From Selenomonas ruminantium (GTDB lineage: Bacteria > Bacillota > Negativicutes > Selenomonadales > Selenomonadaceae): a stretch of 64,000 nucleotides of DNA. Where the stretch lies: assembly GCA_902780915.1 (NCBI GenBank), contig CACZHK010000011.1, forward strand, positions 3,767 to 67,766, given 5' to 3'. The notes below the pieces were generated by a model. That model was not told the origin of the DNA, made no database searches, and saw only the letters and a program-made list of their open reading frames with translations. The translations under genes and the position numbers were made by a program. Below, piece after piece: positions 40,595-52,440 of the stretch; position 1 is the stretch's first letter, and every line of letters begins with the position of its first letter.

Positions 40595-40624
40595 AAAAAA
40601 GGTTCTGCATAAACCTGCAGAACC
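40595..40624 (-). terminator. Intrinsic terminator after tRNA-Pro
   Basis: Minus strand reads GGTTCTGCA-loop-TGCAGAACC followed by TTTTTT. Confidence 0.65.
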
Positions 40625-40638
40625 TCGACTATTCACAA

Positions 40639-40715
40639 TGGTCGGAGCGGCGGGATTTGAACCCACGGCCTCTTCCACCCCAAGGAAGCGCGCTACCAAA
40701 CTGCGCTACGCCCCG
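40639..40715 (-). tRNA. tRNA-Pro (anticodon GGG)
   Basis: A 77-nt cloverleaf: CGGGGCG acceptor, anticodon stem CTTCC/GGAAG with loop TTGGGGT, GGTTCAAATCC T-arm and an encoded CCA. Confidence 0.9.
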
Positions 40716-40727
40716 ACGACATGAATT

Positions 40728-40756
40728 ATTATAGCAGTGTCTCCCATCAGTGTCAA
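40728..40756 (-). promoter_or_regulatory. Consensus promoter of tRNA-Pro
   Basis: Minus strand reads TTGACA (40756-40751), 17 nt, then TATAAT (40733-40728), with an A/T-rich UP-like tract upstream. Confidence 0.65.
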
Positions 40757-40870
40757 CAGATAAATTTATTTTTTTTGCACTTTCTTTAAAAAAATTTGTT
40801 TGCACAGAGAAAAAGCCCTCCCGCAAAGGCTATTGAAGCACCGAAAGCAGGAAGGCATTTATTGTTTTGC

Positions 40871-41338
40871 TCAGTTGTTCTGATCCACGGCTATGTCCAG
40901 CTCCACTATGTGGCCCCCCAGATCCATTTCCACTGTCAGGTACTGGGAATCGCTGATCTTCACCTGAAAATTCTTGCCGATGGACAGGGACGGCGTGGAA
41001 ATATCCACTTCAAAGCCCATGCCCGTGAGATTAGTGGCAGCATTGGCAGTGAGCATATTGCTCATCTCCGAAATGGCGCTCTGAGCCATGGCATCAAACT
41101 CTGCCACCGGCATGCCCATCATCATGGTGGAGGCGATATACTTGGCCGTCTCCTCCTCCATATTGTATACTACATTGCCACGAATCTGCTTGGTAAAGCC
41201 CACCACTACGGAGACACCCAATCCTACAGCATTCTGATCCCTGACATAGAGCTTGGCCCTTTTAGGCTCGGGAAAACCAATCTGGGGCATGACGGTGATA
41301 AATGCATCAACGAAAGGATTCACTAATTTTGCGTCCAT
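40871..41338 (-). CDS. cheX: CheX-family chemotaxis phosphatase-like protein
   Basis: KLVNPFVDAFITVMPQIG start, and the spacing of the conserved E/N-containing helices (SAISEMSNMLTANA) is typical of CheC/CheX. ATG 41338 follows GGAGGGAG. Confidence 0.7.
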   Translation of the reverse strand: MDAKLVNPFVDAFITVMPQIGFPEPKRAKLYVRDQNAVGLGVSVVVGFTKQIRGNVVYNMEEETAKYIASTMMMGMPVAEFDAMAQSAISEMSNMLTANAATNLTGMGFEVDISTPSLSIGKNFQVKISDSQYLTVEMDLGGHIVELDIAVDQNN

Positions 41339-41342
41339 ACTA

Positions 41343-42206
41343 TCATTCTCCCTCCGCAAAGCCAATATTCATCTTGATATCGCCAATACGGGTCTTGGCA
41401 ACCACACGGAAGGTTGTGAGCTTCGGACTGGCTATGCGGATATCCACACCGCAGATGGTGCCCGGTGGAGTGATACGCATTTCCTTGTCCTTGAACACAT
41501 CATTGATATTGGAAACACCTCTGCCCACAATGATATTGGCCGCTTCCTCTACGGATTCGCTGGCTTCATCATCACCAATGCTTTCCGCTCCCTCTTCTTC
41601 CAGCATGACCATGGCAAACTTCCTCATGGTCTCTGCCTCCATGTAGACAATGGCCCTGCCGCTGGGATAACCTGTGAGGCCGATGATGACAGCCACCCCG
41701 GAAACCTCCAGGAAGCGGCGCTCATCAAGCTCCAATTCCACTTCGCTGTGCACCCCTATGAGGCTGAAGAGCCCCTGCTGCAGGGCGCGCATGAAAGGCT
41801 TGGCATATGACTCGCGCAGCACAGCCACCTTCCCCGCCTTGTTCTGGCAGAGAATCATCAGGGTATCCAATAGTTCATTGGGGCTTACAGGCTTTTGCAA
41901 GAAGGCGCTGATGCCCACCTCACGGCCCTTGGCCACCAGGCTGGCATCTTTCATGGCACTGATCATAACGATCTTGGCCTCGGGGTCTATGGCGTGGATG
42001 CGCTTGGAGCACTCGATGCCGTCTGCGTCCGGCAGGTTCATGTCCATGGTCACTACCGCAGGACTGTACTCACTGTACATCTTGACAGCTTCAGCGGCGT
42101 CCCTGGCCATCGCTACTACCTCAAAGTTCGTCCTGGCCAAAGTCCTTTCCAACATGGCCCGGCTGACCTTGGAATCATCGACGACCATTACTTTGACTTT
42201 CTCCAC
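41343..42206 (-). CDS. CheY-like receiver fused to a CheX-like domain
   Basis: N-terminal receiver (VMVVDDSKV...VTMDMNLPDADG...ISAMKD) and a C-terminal part of about 150 aa resembling CheX (ESVEEAANIIVGRG). Confidence 0.7.
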   Translation of the reverse strand: MEKVKVMVVDDSKVSRAMLERTLARTNFEVVAMARDAAEAVKMYSEYSPAVVTMDMNLPDADGIECSKRIHAIDPEAKIVMISAMKDASLVAKGREVGISAFLQKPVSPNELLDTLMILCQNKAGKVAVLRESYAKPFMRALQQGLFSLIGVHSEVELELDERRFLEVSGVAVIIGLTGYPSGRAIVYMEAETMRKFAMVMLEEEGAESIGDDEASESVEEAANIIVGRGVSNINDVFKDKEMRITPPGTICGVDIRIASPKLTTFRVVAKTRIGDIKMNIGFAEGE

Positions 42207-42348
42207 AAAGGCTCACCTACTTCTCTATGAATCTGCATCTGCTTCAATCCATTGGTCACTCTTAGCAATATTTTTAGATACATTTCGCTATAAGGGGCAA
42301 AAATCCCTGCCTGCTGAAATAAAATTTATCCATTCTCCCGCCACAATG

Positions 42349-42390
42349 CAAAAAAATCCCCGCAAAGCCCAGTTATGCTTTGCAGGGATT
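42349..42390 (-). terminator. Intrinsic terminator after rpoC
   Basis: Minus strand reads ATCCCTGCAAAGC-loop-GGCTTTGCGGGGAT followed by TTTTTTT. Confidence 0.65.
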
Positions 42391-42415
42391 CTGATATTCA
42401 CTTGAGCTCAGTACC

Positions 42416-45400
42416 TCAGGCGGTAGTAGTCTCCGTCTCCTCGGCAGTCTCAGCCGGTTTCGGGTCGTTGTCCACGACCTTGAGGCCACGATAGCGGCTC
42501 ATGCCGGTACCTGCAGGGATGAGCTTGCCGATGATGACATTCTCCTTGAGGCCGATGAGCGGGTCAACCTTGCCCTTGATGGCAGCGTCCGTGAGCACAC
42601 GGGTGGTCTCCTGGAAGGAGGCTGCCGACAGGAAGGAATCCGTAGCCAAAGAGGCCTTGGTGATACCCAGGAGGATGGGCTTGGCCACTGCAGGCTCGCC
42701 GCCTTCCTCGATGGCCTTGGTATTGGCCGTCTCGAAAGAGTTGATGTCGATGTACTCACCGGGCAGGAAGTCCGTAGTGCCGGACTCCTCGATCTTCACC
42801 TTGTGGAGCATCTGGCGCACCATGACCTCGATGTGCTTGTCGTTGATCTCAACGCCCTGGGACTTGTACACTTTCTGCACTTCGTAAACCAGATAACGCT
42901 GGGTGGCCTGGAGGCCGCAGACACGCAGGATGTCATGGGGGTTCACGGAGCCCTCGGTGATCTTGTCGCCGGGCTTCATATGGAGCCCATTCTTGGCTGC
43001 CATGCGGGCGCCATAGGGCACAGCATACTCGCGGGCCTCGCCTTCGGCAGGCACAATGGTGACCTTGCGCATGCCCTTGCCGTTGTCCTCCACCTGAGCA
43101 TCGCCTTCGATTTCGGCAATGATGGCATGATGCTTGGGCTTGCGAGCCTCGAAAAGCTCCTCGACGCGGGGAAGACCCTGGGTGATATCGTCACCGGCCA
43201 CACCGCCGGAGTGGAAGGTACGCATGGTGAGCTGGGTACCCGGCTCGCCGATGGACTGGGCTGCGATAATGCCCACAGCCTCGCCGATCTCGACCTCGCT
43301 CTGGTTGGCCAGATCGCGGCCATAGCACTTCATGCAGACACCGAACTGAGACTTGCAGGTCAGGACGCTCCTGATGGAAACGGTCTTCCTGACTTTCTCG
43401 ATGCGCTTGGCCAGGTCTTCATCAACACTGTCATTGATGGAGGCAATGCGCTCGCCGGTCTCGGGATCATCGATGTTCTCAGCCAGCACGCGGCCCACGA
43501 TGCGCTCTGCCAGGGATTCGATGACACCATCGCCTTCCATGATGGCCTCCACCTCGATGCCGCGGACGTTGTTGTCGCGGACATGGAGTTCCTTGGCATC
43601 GGAAGCCATGATGGTCTCGAAAGTCTCCTCGGTGAGGTGCTCACCGGCAGGCAGCACTACACTGCCATCCAAAGCCAGCACATCACGGGTGATTTCCTTG
43701 CCGTTCATCTCATGGATCATGGTCTCACGAGCCTTCTTGCGGGCAGCCGCATCCGGCTCGCCCAGCGTGATAGGCTCGGTGATCATGGCATTGCTGATAG
43801 CTGCCTCGGAAGCCAGGGAAGAACCGCGAACCATAATCTCGCGAATCTCCTTCTCACCGATGAGAGTGAGCTCTTCCTCGCTGAGGATGGTATCCCGCTT
43901 CAGGAGCACTTCCTTGGTCTCGGGATCAAGCACATCTGCGCCCAGCAGGCGGCCCATCAGGCTGTCGTTGAGAATCTCCAGAGCATCGAAGGCAGACTCG
44001 GCGAGGCGCGCACGAGCCTGTACCAGGTTCAAGGTGGAAACGTCGCAGTCCTCTTCACGCACGATGACATCCTGTGCCACGTCTACCAGACGGCGGGTCA
44101 GATAACCGGAGTCTGCCGTGCGCAGAGCCGTATCAGCCAGACCCTTGCGGGCGCCGTGGGAGGAAATGAAGTAATCGGATACGGACAGGCCCTCACGGAA
44201 GTTTGCCGTGATGGGCAAGTCGATGATCTTGCCGGAAGGATCTGCCATGAGGCCGCGCATGCCTGCCAGCTGACGCATCTGCTGCTTGTTACCGCGGGCG
44301 CCGGAGTCCGCCATCATGAAGATGGGGTTGAAGGCATCCATGTTGTCCATCATGGCATCTGCCACATCATCAGTGGTCTTGGACCAGAGGCCCACCACCT
44401 TGCGGTAGCGCTCATCCTCGGTGATGAGGCCGCGGGCGAACTGACGCTCTACCTTGTTGACCACCTTCTGAGTATCGGCGATCAAGGTCTTCTTCTGAGG
44501 CGGCACGATTACATCGGAAATAGCCACCGTCATACCTGCCACGCAGGCGTAGTGGTAACCCAGGTTCTTGACGTTATCGATGACCTCAGCGGTCTTGGTA
44601 GCGCCGAAGTGGTTATAGCAGTTAGCAACCAGCTTGCCCAGCTGCTTCTTCTTCATGCCCTCGCCCAGAATCCACTGGCCGGTTTCCTTGTCCTTATGAT
44701 ACTGACGCAGTTCCTCAGGCAGGATCTCATTGAAGATCATGCGGCCCAGAGAGGTCTTGACCAGGCCCTTGTCACCCAGGCGGGCCTGAATCTCAGCCTG
44801 CAGGTCCAGCTCATGCTGCTGGTAAGCCAGCAGAGCCTCGGCAATGCCCGTGACCACCTTGCCCTCACCCTTGGCACCGGGACGCAGGATGGTCAGATAG
44901 TAGCAGCCCAGCACCATATCCTGGGTCGGCACGATGATAGGCTTGCCGTCCTTGGGTGCCAGGATGTGGTTGGCAGCAAGCATGAGGATACGTGCCTCAG
45001 TCTGAGCCTCAGCGGACAGGGGCAGATGGATAGCCATCTGGTCACCGTCGAAGTCAGCGTTATAAGCTGTACAAGCCAGCGGATGGAGTTTCAGGGCGCG
45101 ACCCTCAGTGAGCACCGGCTCGAAGGCCTGGATACCCAGACGATGCAGGGTCGGGGCGCGGTTCAAGAGCACGGGATGCTCCTTGATGACATCCTCCAGC
45201 ACATCCCAAACCTCGGGACGTGCCCTCTCCACCATGCGCTTGGCAGATTTGATGTTGTGAGCGGCACCGGAAGACACCAGCTTCTTCATGACGAAGGGCT
45301 TGAAGAGTTCCAGAGCCATTTCCTTGGGCAGGCCGCACTGATGGAGCTTCAGCTCCGGGCCTACCACGATAACAGAACGGCCGGAATAGTCAACGCGCTT

Positions 45401-46399
45401 GCCCAAGAGGTTCTGGCGGAAGCGTCCCTGCTTGCCCTTCAGCATATCGGAGAGGGACTTCAGGGGACGGTTGCCAGGGCCCGTAACGGGACGGCCACGA
45501 CGGCCGTTGTCGATGAGGGCATCCACAGCCTCCTGCAGCATGCGCTTCTCGTTGCGGACAATGATGTCCGGGGCACCGAGATCCAGCAGGCGCTTCAGGC
45601 GGTTGTTGCGGTTGATGACCCGGCGGTAAAGGTCGTTGAGGTCGGAGGTGGCGAAGCGGCCGCCGTCCAGCTGCACCATGGGACGCAGCTCAGGCGGAAT
45701 CACCGGCACCACGTCCAGGATCATCCAGCTGGGCTTGTTGCCGGACTTGCGGAAAGCCTCCACAACCTCCAGACGGCGGATAGCGCGAATCTTCTTCTGG
45801 CCGGAGGTGGTACGCACTTCCTTGCGGAGCTGCACGCTCATCTTCTCCAAATCCAGTTCGTCAAGAAGTTCCTTGATGGCCTCGGCGCCCATGCCCACAC
45901 GGAAGGTGCGGCCATACTTTTCCAAAGCATCGTGGTACTCCTTCTCAGAGAGCAGGCTCTTCTTGGCCGGCCCATTTTCATCGGATTCCAGGACAATGTA
46001 GTAGGCAAAATAGAGCACTTTCTCCAAAGCACGGGGCGAAATGTCCAGGATCAGCCCCATGCGGCTGGGAATGCCCTTGAAATACCAGATATGGGACACA
46101 GGGGCAGCCAGTTCGATATGGCCCATGCGCTCACGGCGCACCTTGGCGCGGGTCACTTCCACGCCGCAGCGGTCGCAGACAATGCCCTTGTAACGGATAC
46201 GCTTGTACTTGCCGCAATGGCATTCCCAGTCACGGGTAGGTCCAAAGATGCGCTCGCAGAACAGGCCATCACGCTCAGGCTTCAGGGTACGGTAGTTGAT
46301 GGTCTCAGGCTTCTTGACCTCCCCGTGGGACCACTCACGGATCTTGTCCGGGGAAGCAAGGCCAATGCGCATCGAATCAAAACTATTTACATCCAGCAA
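42416..46399 (-). CDS. rpoC: DNA-directed RNA polymerase subunit beta'
   Basis: Zinc finger CHCGKYK...CDRCGVEV and catalytic NADFDGD; 1327 aa. TTG start at 46399 after AAGGGAG. Confidence 0.97.
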   Translation of the reverse strand: MLDVNSFDSMRIGLASPDKIREWSHGEVKKPETINYRTLKPERDGLFCERIFGPTRDWECHCGKYKRIRYKGIVCDRCGVEVTRAKVRRERMGHIELAAPVSHIWYFKGIPSRMGLILDISPRALEKVLYFAYYIVLESDENGPAKKSLLSEKEYHDALEKYGRTFRVGMGAEAIKELLDELDLEKMSVQLRKEVRTTSGQKKIRAIRRLEVVEAFRKSGNKPSWMILDVVPVIPPELRPMVQLDGGRFATSDLNDLYRRVINRNNRLKRLLDLGAPDIIVRNEKRMLQEAVDALIDNGRRGRPVTGPGNRPLKSLSDMLKGKQGRFRQNLLGKRVDYSGRSVIVVGPELKLHQCGLPKEMALELFKPFVMKKLVSSGAAHNIKSAKRMVERARPEVWDVLEDVIKEHPVLLNRAPTLHRLGIQAFEPVLTEGRALKLHPLACTAYNADFDGDQMAIHLPLSAEAQTEARILMLAANHILAPKDGKPIIVPTQDMVLGCYYLTILRPGAKGEGKVVTGIAEALLAYQQHELDLQAEIQARLGDKGLVKTSLGRMIFNEILPEELRQYHKDKETGQWILGEGMKKKQLGKLVANCYNHFGATKTAEVIDNVKNLGYHYACVAGMTVAISDVIVPPQKKTLIADTQKVVNKVERQFARGLITEDERYRKVVGLWSKTTDDVADAMMDNMDAFNPIFMMADSGARGNKQQMRQLAGMRGLMADPSGKIIDLPITANFREGLSVSDYFISSHGARKGLADTALRTADSGYLTRRLVDVAQDVIVREEDCDVSTLNLVQARARLAESAFDALEILNDSLMGRLLGADVLDPETKEVLLKRDTILSEEELTLIGEKEIREIMVRGSSLASEAAISNAMITEPITLGEPDAAARKKARETMIHEMNGKEITRDVLALDGSVVLPAGEHLTEETFETIMASDAKELHVRDNNVRGIEVEAIMEGDGVIESLAERIVGRVLAENIDDPETGERIASINDSVDEDLAKRIEKVRKTVSIRSVLTCKSQFGVCMKCYGRDLANQSEVEIGEAVGIIAAQSIGEPGTQLTMRTFHSGGVAGDDITQGLPRVEELFEARKPKHHAIIAEIEGDAQVEDNGKGMRKVTIVPAEGEAREYAVPYGARMAAKNGLHMKPGDKITEGSVNPHDILRVCGLQATQRYLVYEVQKVYKSQGVEINDKHIEVMVRQMLHKVKIEESGTTDFLPGEYIDINSFETANTKAIEEGGEPAVAKPILLGITKASLATDSFLSAASFQETTRVLTDAAIKGKVDPLIGLKENVIIGKLIPAGTGMSRYRGLKVVDNDPKPAETAEETETTTA

Positions 46400-46417
46400 A
46401 GAGATGACACTCCCTTC

Positions 46418-49400
46418 TTAATCCTCGCCTTCGCCGTTATCCATATCAGCTTCCTCCATCATATTGCCAAGGTCGGCAATGATGCTTTCGGAAACTTCTT
46501 CCGGATCAATCTGCTCATCATCCGAGGAGGCACCTTCATCGTAGGAATCAGCGCCTGCACCGGGCACAGGAGCACCTTCCTTATTGGGGTCAACCCCCGC
46601 CACATCCAGATCCAGCTTCTTGGCTGTCTCATTGATATCTTCATCATCGTCATCGGTGATCTCGATTTCCTTGGCATCCTCATTGAGCACCTTGATATCG
46701 AGGCCGATGGACTGGAGTTCCTTGATAAGCACCTTGAAGGACTCCGGCACGCCGGACTCGGGGATATTCTCGCCCTTCACGATGGACTCATAGGCCTTCA
46801 CGCGGCCCACCACATCATCGGACTTGACAGTAAGGATTTCCTGCAAGGTATAGGCTGCGCCATAGGCCTCCAGTGCCCAAACCTCCATCTCGCCGAAGCG
46901 CTGTCCGCCGAACTGGGCCTTGCCGCCCAGAGGCTGCTGGGTAACCAGGGAGTACGGGCCGGTGGAGCGGGCATGGATCTTATCGTCAACCAGATGATGC
47001 AGCTTCAGCATATACACGCAACCAACGGTGACGCGGTTCTCGAAAGGCTCGCCGGTACGGCCGTCATAGAGGATGGTCTTGCCGTCTTCAGGCAGGCCGG
47101 AAGCCTTGATGGTGCCGAACACATCTTCCTCGCCAGCGCCGTCAAAGACCGGGGTAGCGATGTGAATGCCTGCCACATCGGGGATGGGCATGCCGTTCTT
47201 GTCGAAGTCATAGCCGGCAGCACGGAGGCGCTTCTCCACTGTGGGGTCACCCTGCTTGATCTGGATGCCCAGATTGCGGCAGGCCATGCCCAGATGGGTC
47301 TCCAGTACCTGCCCGATGTTCATGCGGGAAGGCACGCCCAAGGGGTTCAGCATGATATCCACAGGAGTGCCATCCGGCAGGAAGGGCATATCTTCCTGGC
47401 GCATGATGCGGGACACGACACCCTTGTTGCCGTGACGGCCGGACATCTTGTCACCCACGGAAATCTTGCGCTTCTGGGCGATATAGACGCGCACCAGGCG
47501 GTTCACACCGGGAGGCAGCTCATCATTGTTGTCGCGGCTGAAAACCTTCACGTCCACAATCTTGCCTGCTTCACCATGAGGCACACGCAGGGAGGTATCG
47601 CGAACTTCGCGAGCCTTCTCACCGAAGATGGCCCGCAGCAGACGCTCCTCGGCGGTAAGCTCAGTCTCTCCCTTGGGAGTGACCTTGCCCACCAGGATAT
47701 CGCCGGGACGCACATCGGCGCCGATGGAGATGATGCCTTCATCATCCAGATCCTTCAGTGCTTCTTCTGCCACATTGGGGATATCGCGGGTGATTTCCTC
47801 GGGTCCCAGCTTGGTATCGCGGGCATCGCACTCATACTCCTCGATATGGATGGAGGTGTAGAGATCGCGCTTGATGAGGTTCTCAGACAGCAGGATAGCA
47901 TCCTCGTAGTTGTAACCTTCCCAGGGCATGTAGGCAACGATGATATTGTAGCCCAGGGCCAGCTCACCGTGGTCAGTAGCAGGGCCATCAGCGATGGGCT
48001 GCTTCTCGAAGACCTTGTCGCCCTTGTAAACGATAGGCAGCTGATTGATGCAGGTGCCCTGGTTGGAGCGCAGGAACTTCTGCAGCTTGTAGCGATCACG
48101 GTCACCATTTTCCGTGCGGATGACGATATGGTCAGCGGAAACTTCCTCCACCGTACCTGCACGCTTGGCCAGGATCATGACACCGGAGTCGCAGGCTGCC
48201 TTGTACTCCATGCCGGTACCTACCAGAGGTGCCTGGGTGCGCAGGAGAGGCACGGCCTGACGCTGCATGTTCGCACCCATGAGGGCACGGTTGGCGTCAT
48301 CGTTCTCCAGGAAGGGAATCATGGCCGTAGCAATGGAGAACACCTGACGGGGGCTCACGTCCATGTAGTCAACAGTATCGCGGCCATGGAGACCGGTTTC
48401 CTCGTTGTAGCGGGCAGTGACGCGTTCATTGATGAACCACTCGTTCTCGTCCAAGGGCTCGTTGGCCTGGGCGATGACCAGCTCGTCCTCCTCATCAGCG
48501 GTGAGGTAGCGCACGTCATCGGTGACACGATGGTTCTCCTTGTCTACGCGACGGTAAGGAGTTTCCATGAAGCCGAACTGGTTGACGCGGGCATAAGTAG
48601 CCAGTGAACCAATCAGACCGATGTTCGGTCCTTCAGGGGACTCAACCGGGCACATGCGGCCGTAATGGGAGTTATGTACGTCACGAACCTCGAAACCTGC
48701 ACGCTCACGGGACAGACCGCCAGGGCCGAGAGCCGAGAGACGGCGCTTATGAGTAAGCTCGGACAGGGGGTTATGCTGATCCATGAACTGGGACAGCTGG
48801 GAGGAACCGAAGAATTCCTTCACGGCAGCCACCACAGGACGGATATTGATAAGAGCCTGGGGAGTGATGACATCCACATCCTGGATAGTCATGCGCTCGC
48901 GCACCACGCGCTCCATGCGGGAAAGACCGATGCGGAACTGGTTCTGCAAAAGTTCGCCTACTGCACGGACACGGCGGTTGCCCAGATGGTCGATATCATC
49001 AGTAGCCCCCACTTCATCCATGAGATTCAGCAGGTAGTTGATAGAAGCCATGATATCGTTGCGGGTGATGGTGCGGTCGTGCATCTCCAGGGTCGGAGAA
49101 CACAGAAGCTTCATCTTGGTACCGTCCTTCTTCAGGAGGTAGAGTTCGATGATATTGCCCTCACCGAAAATCTCGCGCTCACGCTCTACGCTGACAGCGT
49201 CCAGCATTTCCTCGGTGACCACTTCCTTGGCAGGAATGACGATCTCACCGGTGGCAGTGTCCACGATAGGCTCAGCCAGGACGCGACCACGGATGCGGCG
49301 CTTCCAGCCCAGCTTCTTGGTGAGCTTGTAACGGCCCACGGTAGCCAAGTCATAGCGCTTGGGATCGAAGAACAGGGAATCCAACAGCTGCTGGGCGTTG

Positions 49401-50146
49401 TCCTCGTTGGCAGGCTCGCCGGGACGGAGACGCTTGTAAATCTCCACCACAGCCTTGCCCTGGCTCTTGACCTCCTCGCCGTCACGTTCGATGGTGGCAG
49501 CAATACGGGGATCATTGCCAAAGAGCTGGAGTATTTCCTGGTCAGAAGCAAAGCCCAAAGCACGGATGAAATAAGTCACGGGCATCTTGCGGGTGCGGTC
49601 GATGCGGACGGACACGATATCATTGGTATCCGTCTCCAGCTCGATCCAGGCCCCGCGGTTCGGGATGACAGTAGCATTGTAGAGCTTCTTGCCGGTGGGG
49701 TCAATCTCCTCGCCATAGTAGGCACCGGGAGAGCGAACCAGCTGGCTGACGATGACACGCTCTGCACCATTGATGATGAAGGTGCCGGTATCGGTCATCA
49801 GGGGGAAATCCCCCATGAAAACTTCCTGCTCCTTGATCTCGCCGGTCTCGCGATTGATGAGACGGACATTGACGCGCAGGGGAGCAGCCCAGGTCACATC
49901 GCGTTCCTTGCACTCATCGAGGTCATACTTAGGCTCTCCCATAGAAAAGCTTTCAAAGGAGAGGACAAGATTTCCGGAGAAATCCTGGATTGGCGAAATG
50001 TCACGGAAGATCTCCTGCAGCCCCTCATCCAGGAACCACTTGTAGCTCGCCCGCTGGATATCCAGCAGGTGAGGCATTTCCATGACTTCCTTGATTCTGG
50101 CGTAGCTATACCTGGTTCTTTTGCCCACCGGCACAGGATTAAACAT
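46418..50146 (-). CDS. rpoB: DNA-directed RNA polymerase subunit beta
   Basis: Conserved blocks throughout ([16 protein letters not shown], the rif region, GRHGNKGV). The likely ATG is 50146 (MFNPVPVG); the track ORF starts at GTG 50158. Confidence 0.97.
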   Translation of the reverse strand: MFNPVPVGKRTRYSYARIKEVMEMPHLLDIQRASYKWFLDEGLQEIFRDISPIQDFSGNLVLSFESFSMGEPKYDLDECKERDVTWAAPLRVNVRLINRETGEIKEQEVFMGDFPLMTDTGTFIINGAERVIVSQLVRSPGAYYGEEIDPTGKKLYNATVIPNRGAWIELETDTNDIVSVRIDRTRKMPVTYFIRALGFASDQEILQLFGNDPRIAATIERDGEEVKSQGKAVVEIYKRLRPGEPANEDNAQQLLDSLFFDPKRYDLATVGRYKLTKKLGWKRRIRGRVLAEPIVDTATGEIVIPAKEVVTEEMLDAVSVEREREIFGEGNIIELYLLKKDGTKMKLLCSPTLEMHDRTITRNDIMASINYLLNLMDEVGATDDIDHLGNRRVRAVGELLQNQFRIGLSRMERVVRERMTIQDVDVITPQALINIRPVVAAVKEFFGSSQLSQFMDQHNPLSELTHKRRLSALGPGGLSRERAGFEVRDVHNSHYGRMCPVESPEGPNIGLIGSLATYARVNQFGFMETPYRRVDKENHRVTDDVRYLTADEEDELVIAQANEPLDENEWFINERVTARYNEETGLHGRDTVDYMDVSPRQVFSIATAMIPFLENDDANRALMGANMQRQAVPLLRTQAPLVGTGMEYKAACDSGVMILAKRAGTVEEVSADHIVIRTENGDRDRYKLQKFLRSNQGTCINQLPIVYKGDKVFEKQPIADGPATDHGELALGYNIIVAYMPWEGYNYEDAILLSENLIKRDLYTSIHIEEYECDARDTKLGPEEITRDIPNVAEEALKDLDDEGIISIGADVRPGDILVGKVTPKGETELTAEERLLRAIFGEKAREVRDTSLRVPHGEAGKIVDVKVFSRDNNDELPPGVNRLVRVYIAQKRKISVGDKMSGRHGNKGVVSRIMRQEDMPFLPDGTPVDIMLNPLGVPSRMNIGQVLETHLGMACRNLGIQIKQGDPTVEKRLRAAGYDFDKNGMPIPDVAGIHIATPVFDGAGEEDVFGTIKASGLPEDGKTILYDGRTGEPFENRVTVGCVYMLKLHHLVDDKIHARSTGPYSLVTQQPLGGKAQFGGQRFGEMEVWALEAYGAAYTLQEILTVKSDDVVGRVKAYESIVKGENIPESGVPESFKVLIKELQSIGLDIKVLNEDAKEIEITDDDDEDINETAKKLDLDVAGVDPNKEGAPVPGAGADSYDEGASSDDEQIDPEEVSESIIADLGNMMEEADMDNGEGED

Positions 50147-50334
50147 TAAATCCTTCACCCCTTAGCCTGATTTTCACTAATTACTTCTTGAACAATAAGA
50201 ATAACACATGAACACAAAGAAAACACGGAAAATGAAGTCAGAAAAAAAAACAAGGCATCCATCAAAACACACCTTGCTTCCATTCCCTTTCCGCTTGCGC
50301 ACAGTTACCCCTATTCAATTTCCTGTAGTTTATA

Positions 50335-50363
50335 ACTTTACCATAAGAAGAAACCTTTGTCAA
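50335..50363 (-). promoter_or_regulatory. Putative rpoB promoter
   Basis: Minus strand reads TTGACA (50363-50358), 17 nt, then TAAAGT (50340-50335), about 180 nt upstream of rpoB. Confidence 0.4.
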
Positions 50364-50430
50364 GGGTGAAAAATAACTTCTTCACCCCTGATAAATTTAC
50401 ATTCTCTTCCTAATTATATAATGAAAGCTT

Positions 50431-52104
50431 TCAAACCTCCAGTTTCTTAACCAAAGCCTGCTTGCGGAAAAAAGCCACACCGTAGCAAAGCACCGACTTA
50501 TAGCCCTCGAAGCCTTTCAGATACTCCTTATCCGCAATCTGCCTACCGCCGGCCAGGGCATCCTTTTCCATATCGTCCCGGCTTGCTGACTTCTTGGCCT
50601 CGATAATCATAGCCCGCCGCAGTTTCTTTTCACGAATATCAATATCTGTCCTCCCCAAACCGTTTTCCTGATTGGATTTCACTGCATAGCCCATACCAGT
50701 GAGCAGTCCTGTCAGGAAAGCATGATAATAGTTTTCATGATAATCGTGATAGCTGATGGTGGTAAACAGAATATCTGTCATAAGTTCCGAAGCCCTGGCC
50801 TCATCTCCCTGCCACAGGGCTTCCAGAAGTTCCTTCTGCCTGGAGGTATCGAGGGACTGCCGGAAATGCTTCACCACAGCATCCTCAAAAATGCTCGCTA
50901 CCTCTGCGTTGGGCAGCCGCAGTTCCACCAATTCCCCGTCATAGCCCGGCCTGGCCTTGGTGACATAGCCCGTCATCAGCAGGACACTCCACAGGTTCTC
51001 CTCAGAATCATGAAGGCTATCGTAGGTAAGCTCATCATAGACCTCCTGCCTGATAGTTCCACCGTTCAAAAGCTCTTCAAACTTATCCGACACATCAAAG
51101 TCAGTGCGTCCCACAAAGGTAAGCAAGACACCGTTGCCACTGGTATTGCGCCAGTAATTCTTGGGCCGTGCCTCCCTGTCATCTTTTAAGTCTGCCACAT
51201 AGCACACTACATCCCAGGGGCAAAAGACTCGTGACCTGCCAAACACATAGCCGTCATACCACTTCTTCACCGTGGAAAACTTATCCGAGACGTCAATAAC
51301 CGAAAGCATATCCCTGACTTCTTTTTCGCTAAAGCCAAAGCTCTCGCTGAACTTATCATCCAAAACAGAGTAGCAGGCAAAATTATTCATGCCCGTGAAG
51401 ATGCTCTCCTTGGAAATCCGCAGGCAGCCAGTCAGCACCGCAAACTGAAGATGCTCATTTGTCTTCATAGCCGCATCGAACATTCCCCGTATTACATCAA
51501 GCATTCTGGGATAGAAATCATTTCTTTCCGTATCGCTTTCATTTGCCTTTGCCAAAGGAACATCATATTCGTCAACTATCAATATTGCTGGTTTGCCATA
51601 GTAATCATGCAGCATCTTGGTAAGAAGTTCTAACGAGTCTTTTAGATCCGCAACATCGGCCATACCCGATGACAAGCTACGGAATTTAGCCTTCTCTTCT
51701 GAACTTGCCTGAGTACTTTCCTCCAAAATGCTAAACTCTTGGTACAATTTTGCTACCGTGTTGGATAGTCTTTTATAGGCAGAAGCAAAATCTACTCCCT
51801 CTATCCCCTTCAATGTAAGGAAAACTACAGGGTATTGGTTCATCCACTCCTCGCAAAATTCCTTATGCTGCATTATTGCCAGACCTGCAAAAGCATTGCC
51901 GCTATCGCGGCGATTATCAAAAAAACTATAAAGCATATTCATCGTCAGCGTTTTGCCAAAACGACGCGGACGAGTAAATAACGTTACGCCGCTGCTCCTC
52001 TCCTGCACCAGTTCATAGATAAATTCCGTTTTATCCACATAGTAAAAGTTTTCCTCACGCATCCGCTCAAAAAACTCAAGCCCTACCGGAATCTTTACAG
52101 ACAT
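50431..52104 (-). CDS. Predicted AAA-ATPase with C-terminal PD-(D/E)XK nuclease domain (AAA-ATPase_like / PDDEXK_9 architecture)
   Basis: N-terminus IPVGLEFFERMREENFYYVDKTEFIYEL...TRPRRFGKTL. C-terminal motifs GRTDIDI...IIEAKK. ATG 52104 follows GAGGGAGG. Confidence 0.75.
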   Translation of the reverse strand: MSVKIPVGLEFFERMREENFYYVDKTEFIYELVQERSSGVTLFTRPRRFGKTLTMNMLYSFFDNRRDSGNAFAGLAIMQHKEFCEEWMNQYPVVFLTLKGIEGVDFASAYKRLSNTVAKLYQEFSILEESTQASSEEKAKFRSLSSGMADVADLKDSLELLTKMLHDYYGKPAILIVDEYDVPLAKANESDTERNDFYPRMLDVIRGMFDAAMKTNEHLQFAVLTGCLRISKESIFTGMNNFACYSVLDDKFSESFGFSEKEVRDMLSVIDVSDKFSTVKKWYDGYVFGRSRVFCPWDVVCYVADLKDDREARPKNYWRNTSGNGVLLTFVGRTDFDVSDKFEELLNGGTIRQEVYDELTYDSLHDSEENLWSVLLMTGYVTKARPGYDGELVELRLPNAEVASIFEDAVVKHFRQSLDTSRQKELLEALWQGDEARASELMTDILFTTISYHDYHENYYHAFLTGLLTGMGYAVKSNQENGLGRTDIDIREKKLRRAMIIEAKKSASRDDMEKDALAGGRQIADKEYLKGFEGYKSVLCYGVAFFRKQALVKKLEV

Positions 52105-52361
52105 GACAACGCCTCCCTCGCACAGCCTCTCAGCAGCTTGGCATATCATCTGCCAGTCGCTTTTGCACTTCCCTATCCCAGGCCAACAACAAAGCTGCAT
52201 ATTTGCTCTTAATCAGCTTATATACCTCCAGTGCTGTTGCTTCATTATATTGTACCACGAAGCCAGCCACAATGGATAAATTCCTCAAGCTTGAAATACA
52301 AAAATGGCCTGCTTATTTCAACTTAGACATCCAAATTGAAACAAACAGGCTTACCCGTCAA

Positions 52362-52408
52362 ACAAAAAAGCCGTGAGGCTGCGGACCGTAGTCCGCTTCC
52401 TCACAGCT
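52362..52408 (-). terminator. Intrinsic terminator after rplL
   Basis: Minus strand reads GCTGTGAGGAAGCGGAC-TACG-GTCCGCAGCCTCACGGC followed by TTTTTT. Confidence 0.7.
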
Positions 52409-52440
52409 TCCAAATGACTTGACTATGCAGTCAAACTGAA

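Noticed and set aside
46418-46660. A long acidic C-terminal tail on RpoB.
   Set aside because: Acidic C-terminal extensions of RpoB also occur in B. subtilis and other Firmicutes, so this is not unusual.
42803-48607. A 1934-aa plus-strand ORF spanning most of the rpoC/rpoB region.
   Set aside because: It is the antisense mirror frame of two unambiguous, highly conserved minus-strand genes and runs straight across their junction. It has no RBS, and its low-complexity Leu/Gly/Ala/His/Asp-rich translation is typical of stop-poor antisense frames in GC-rich coding DNA.
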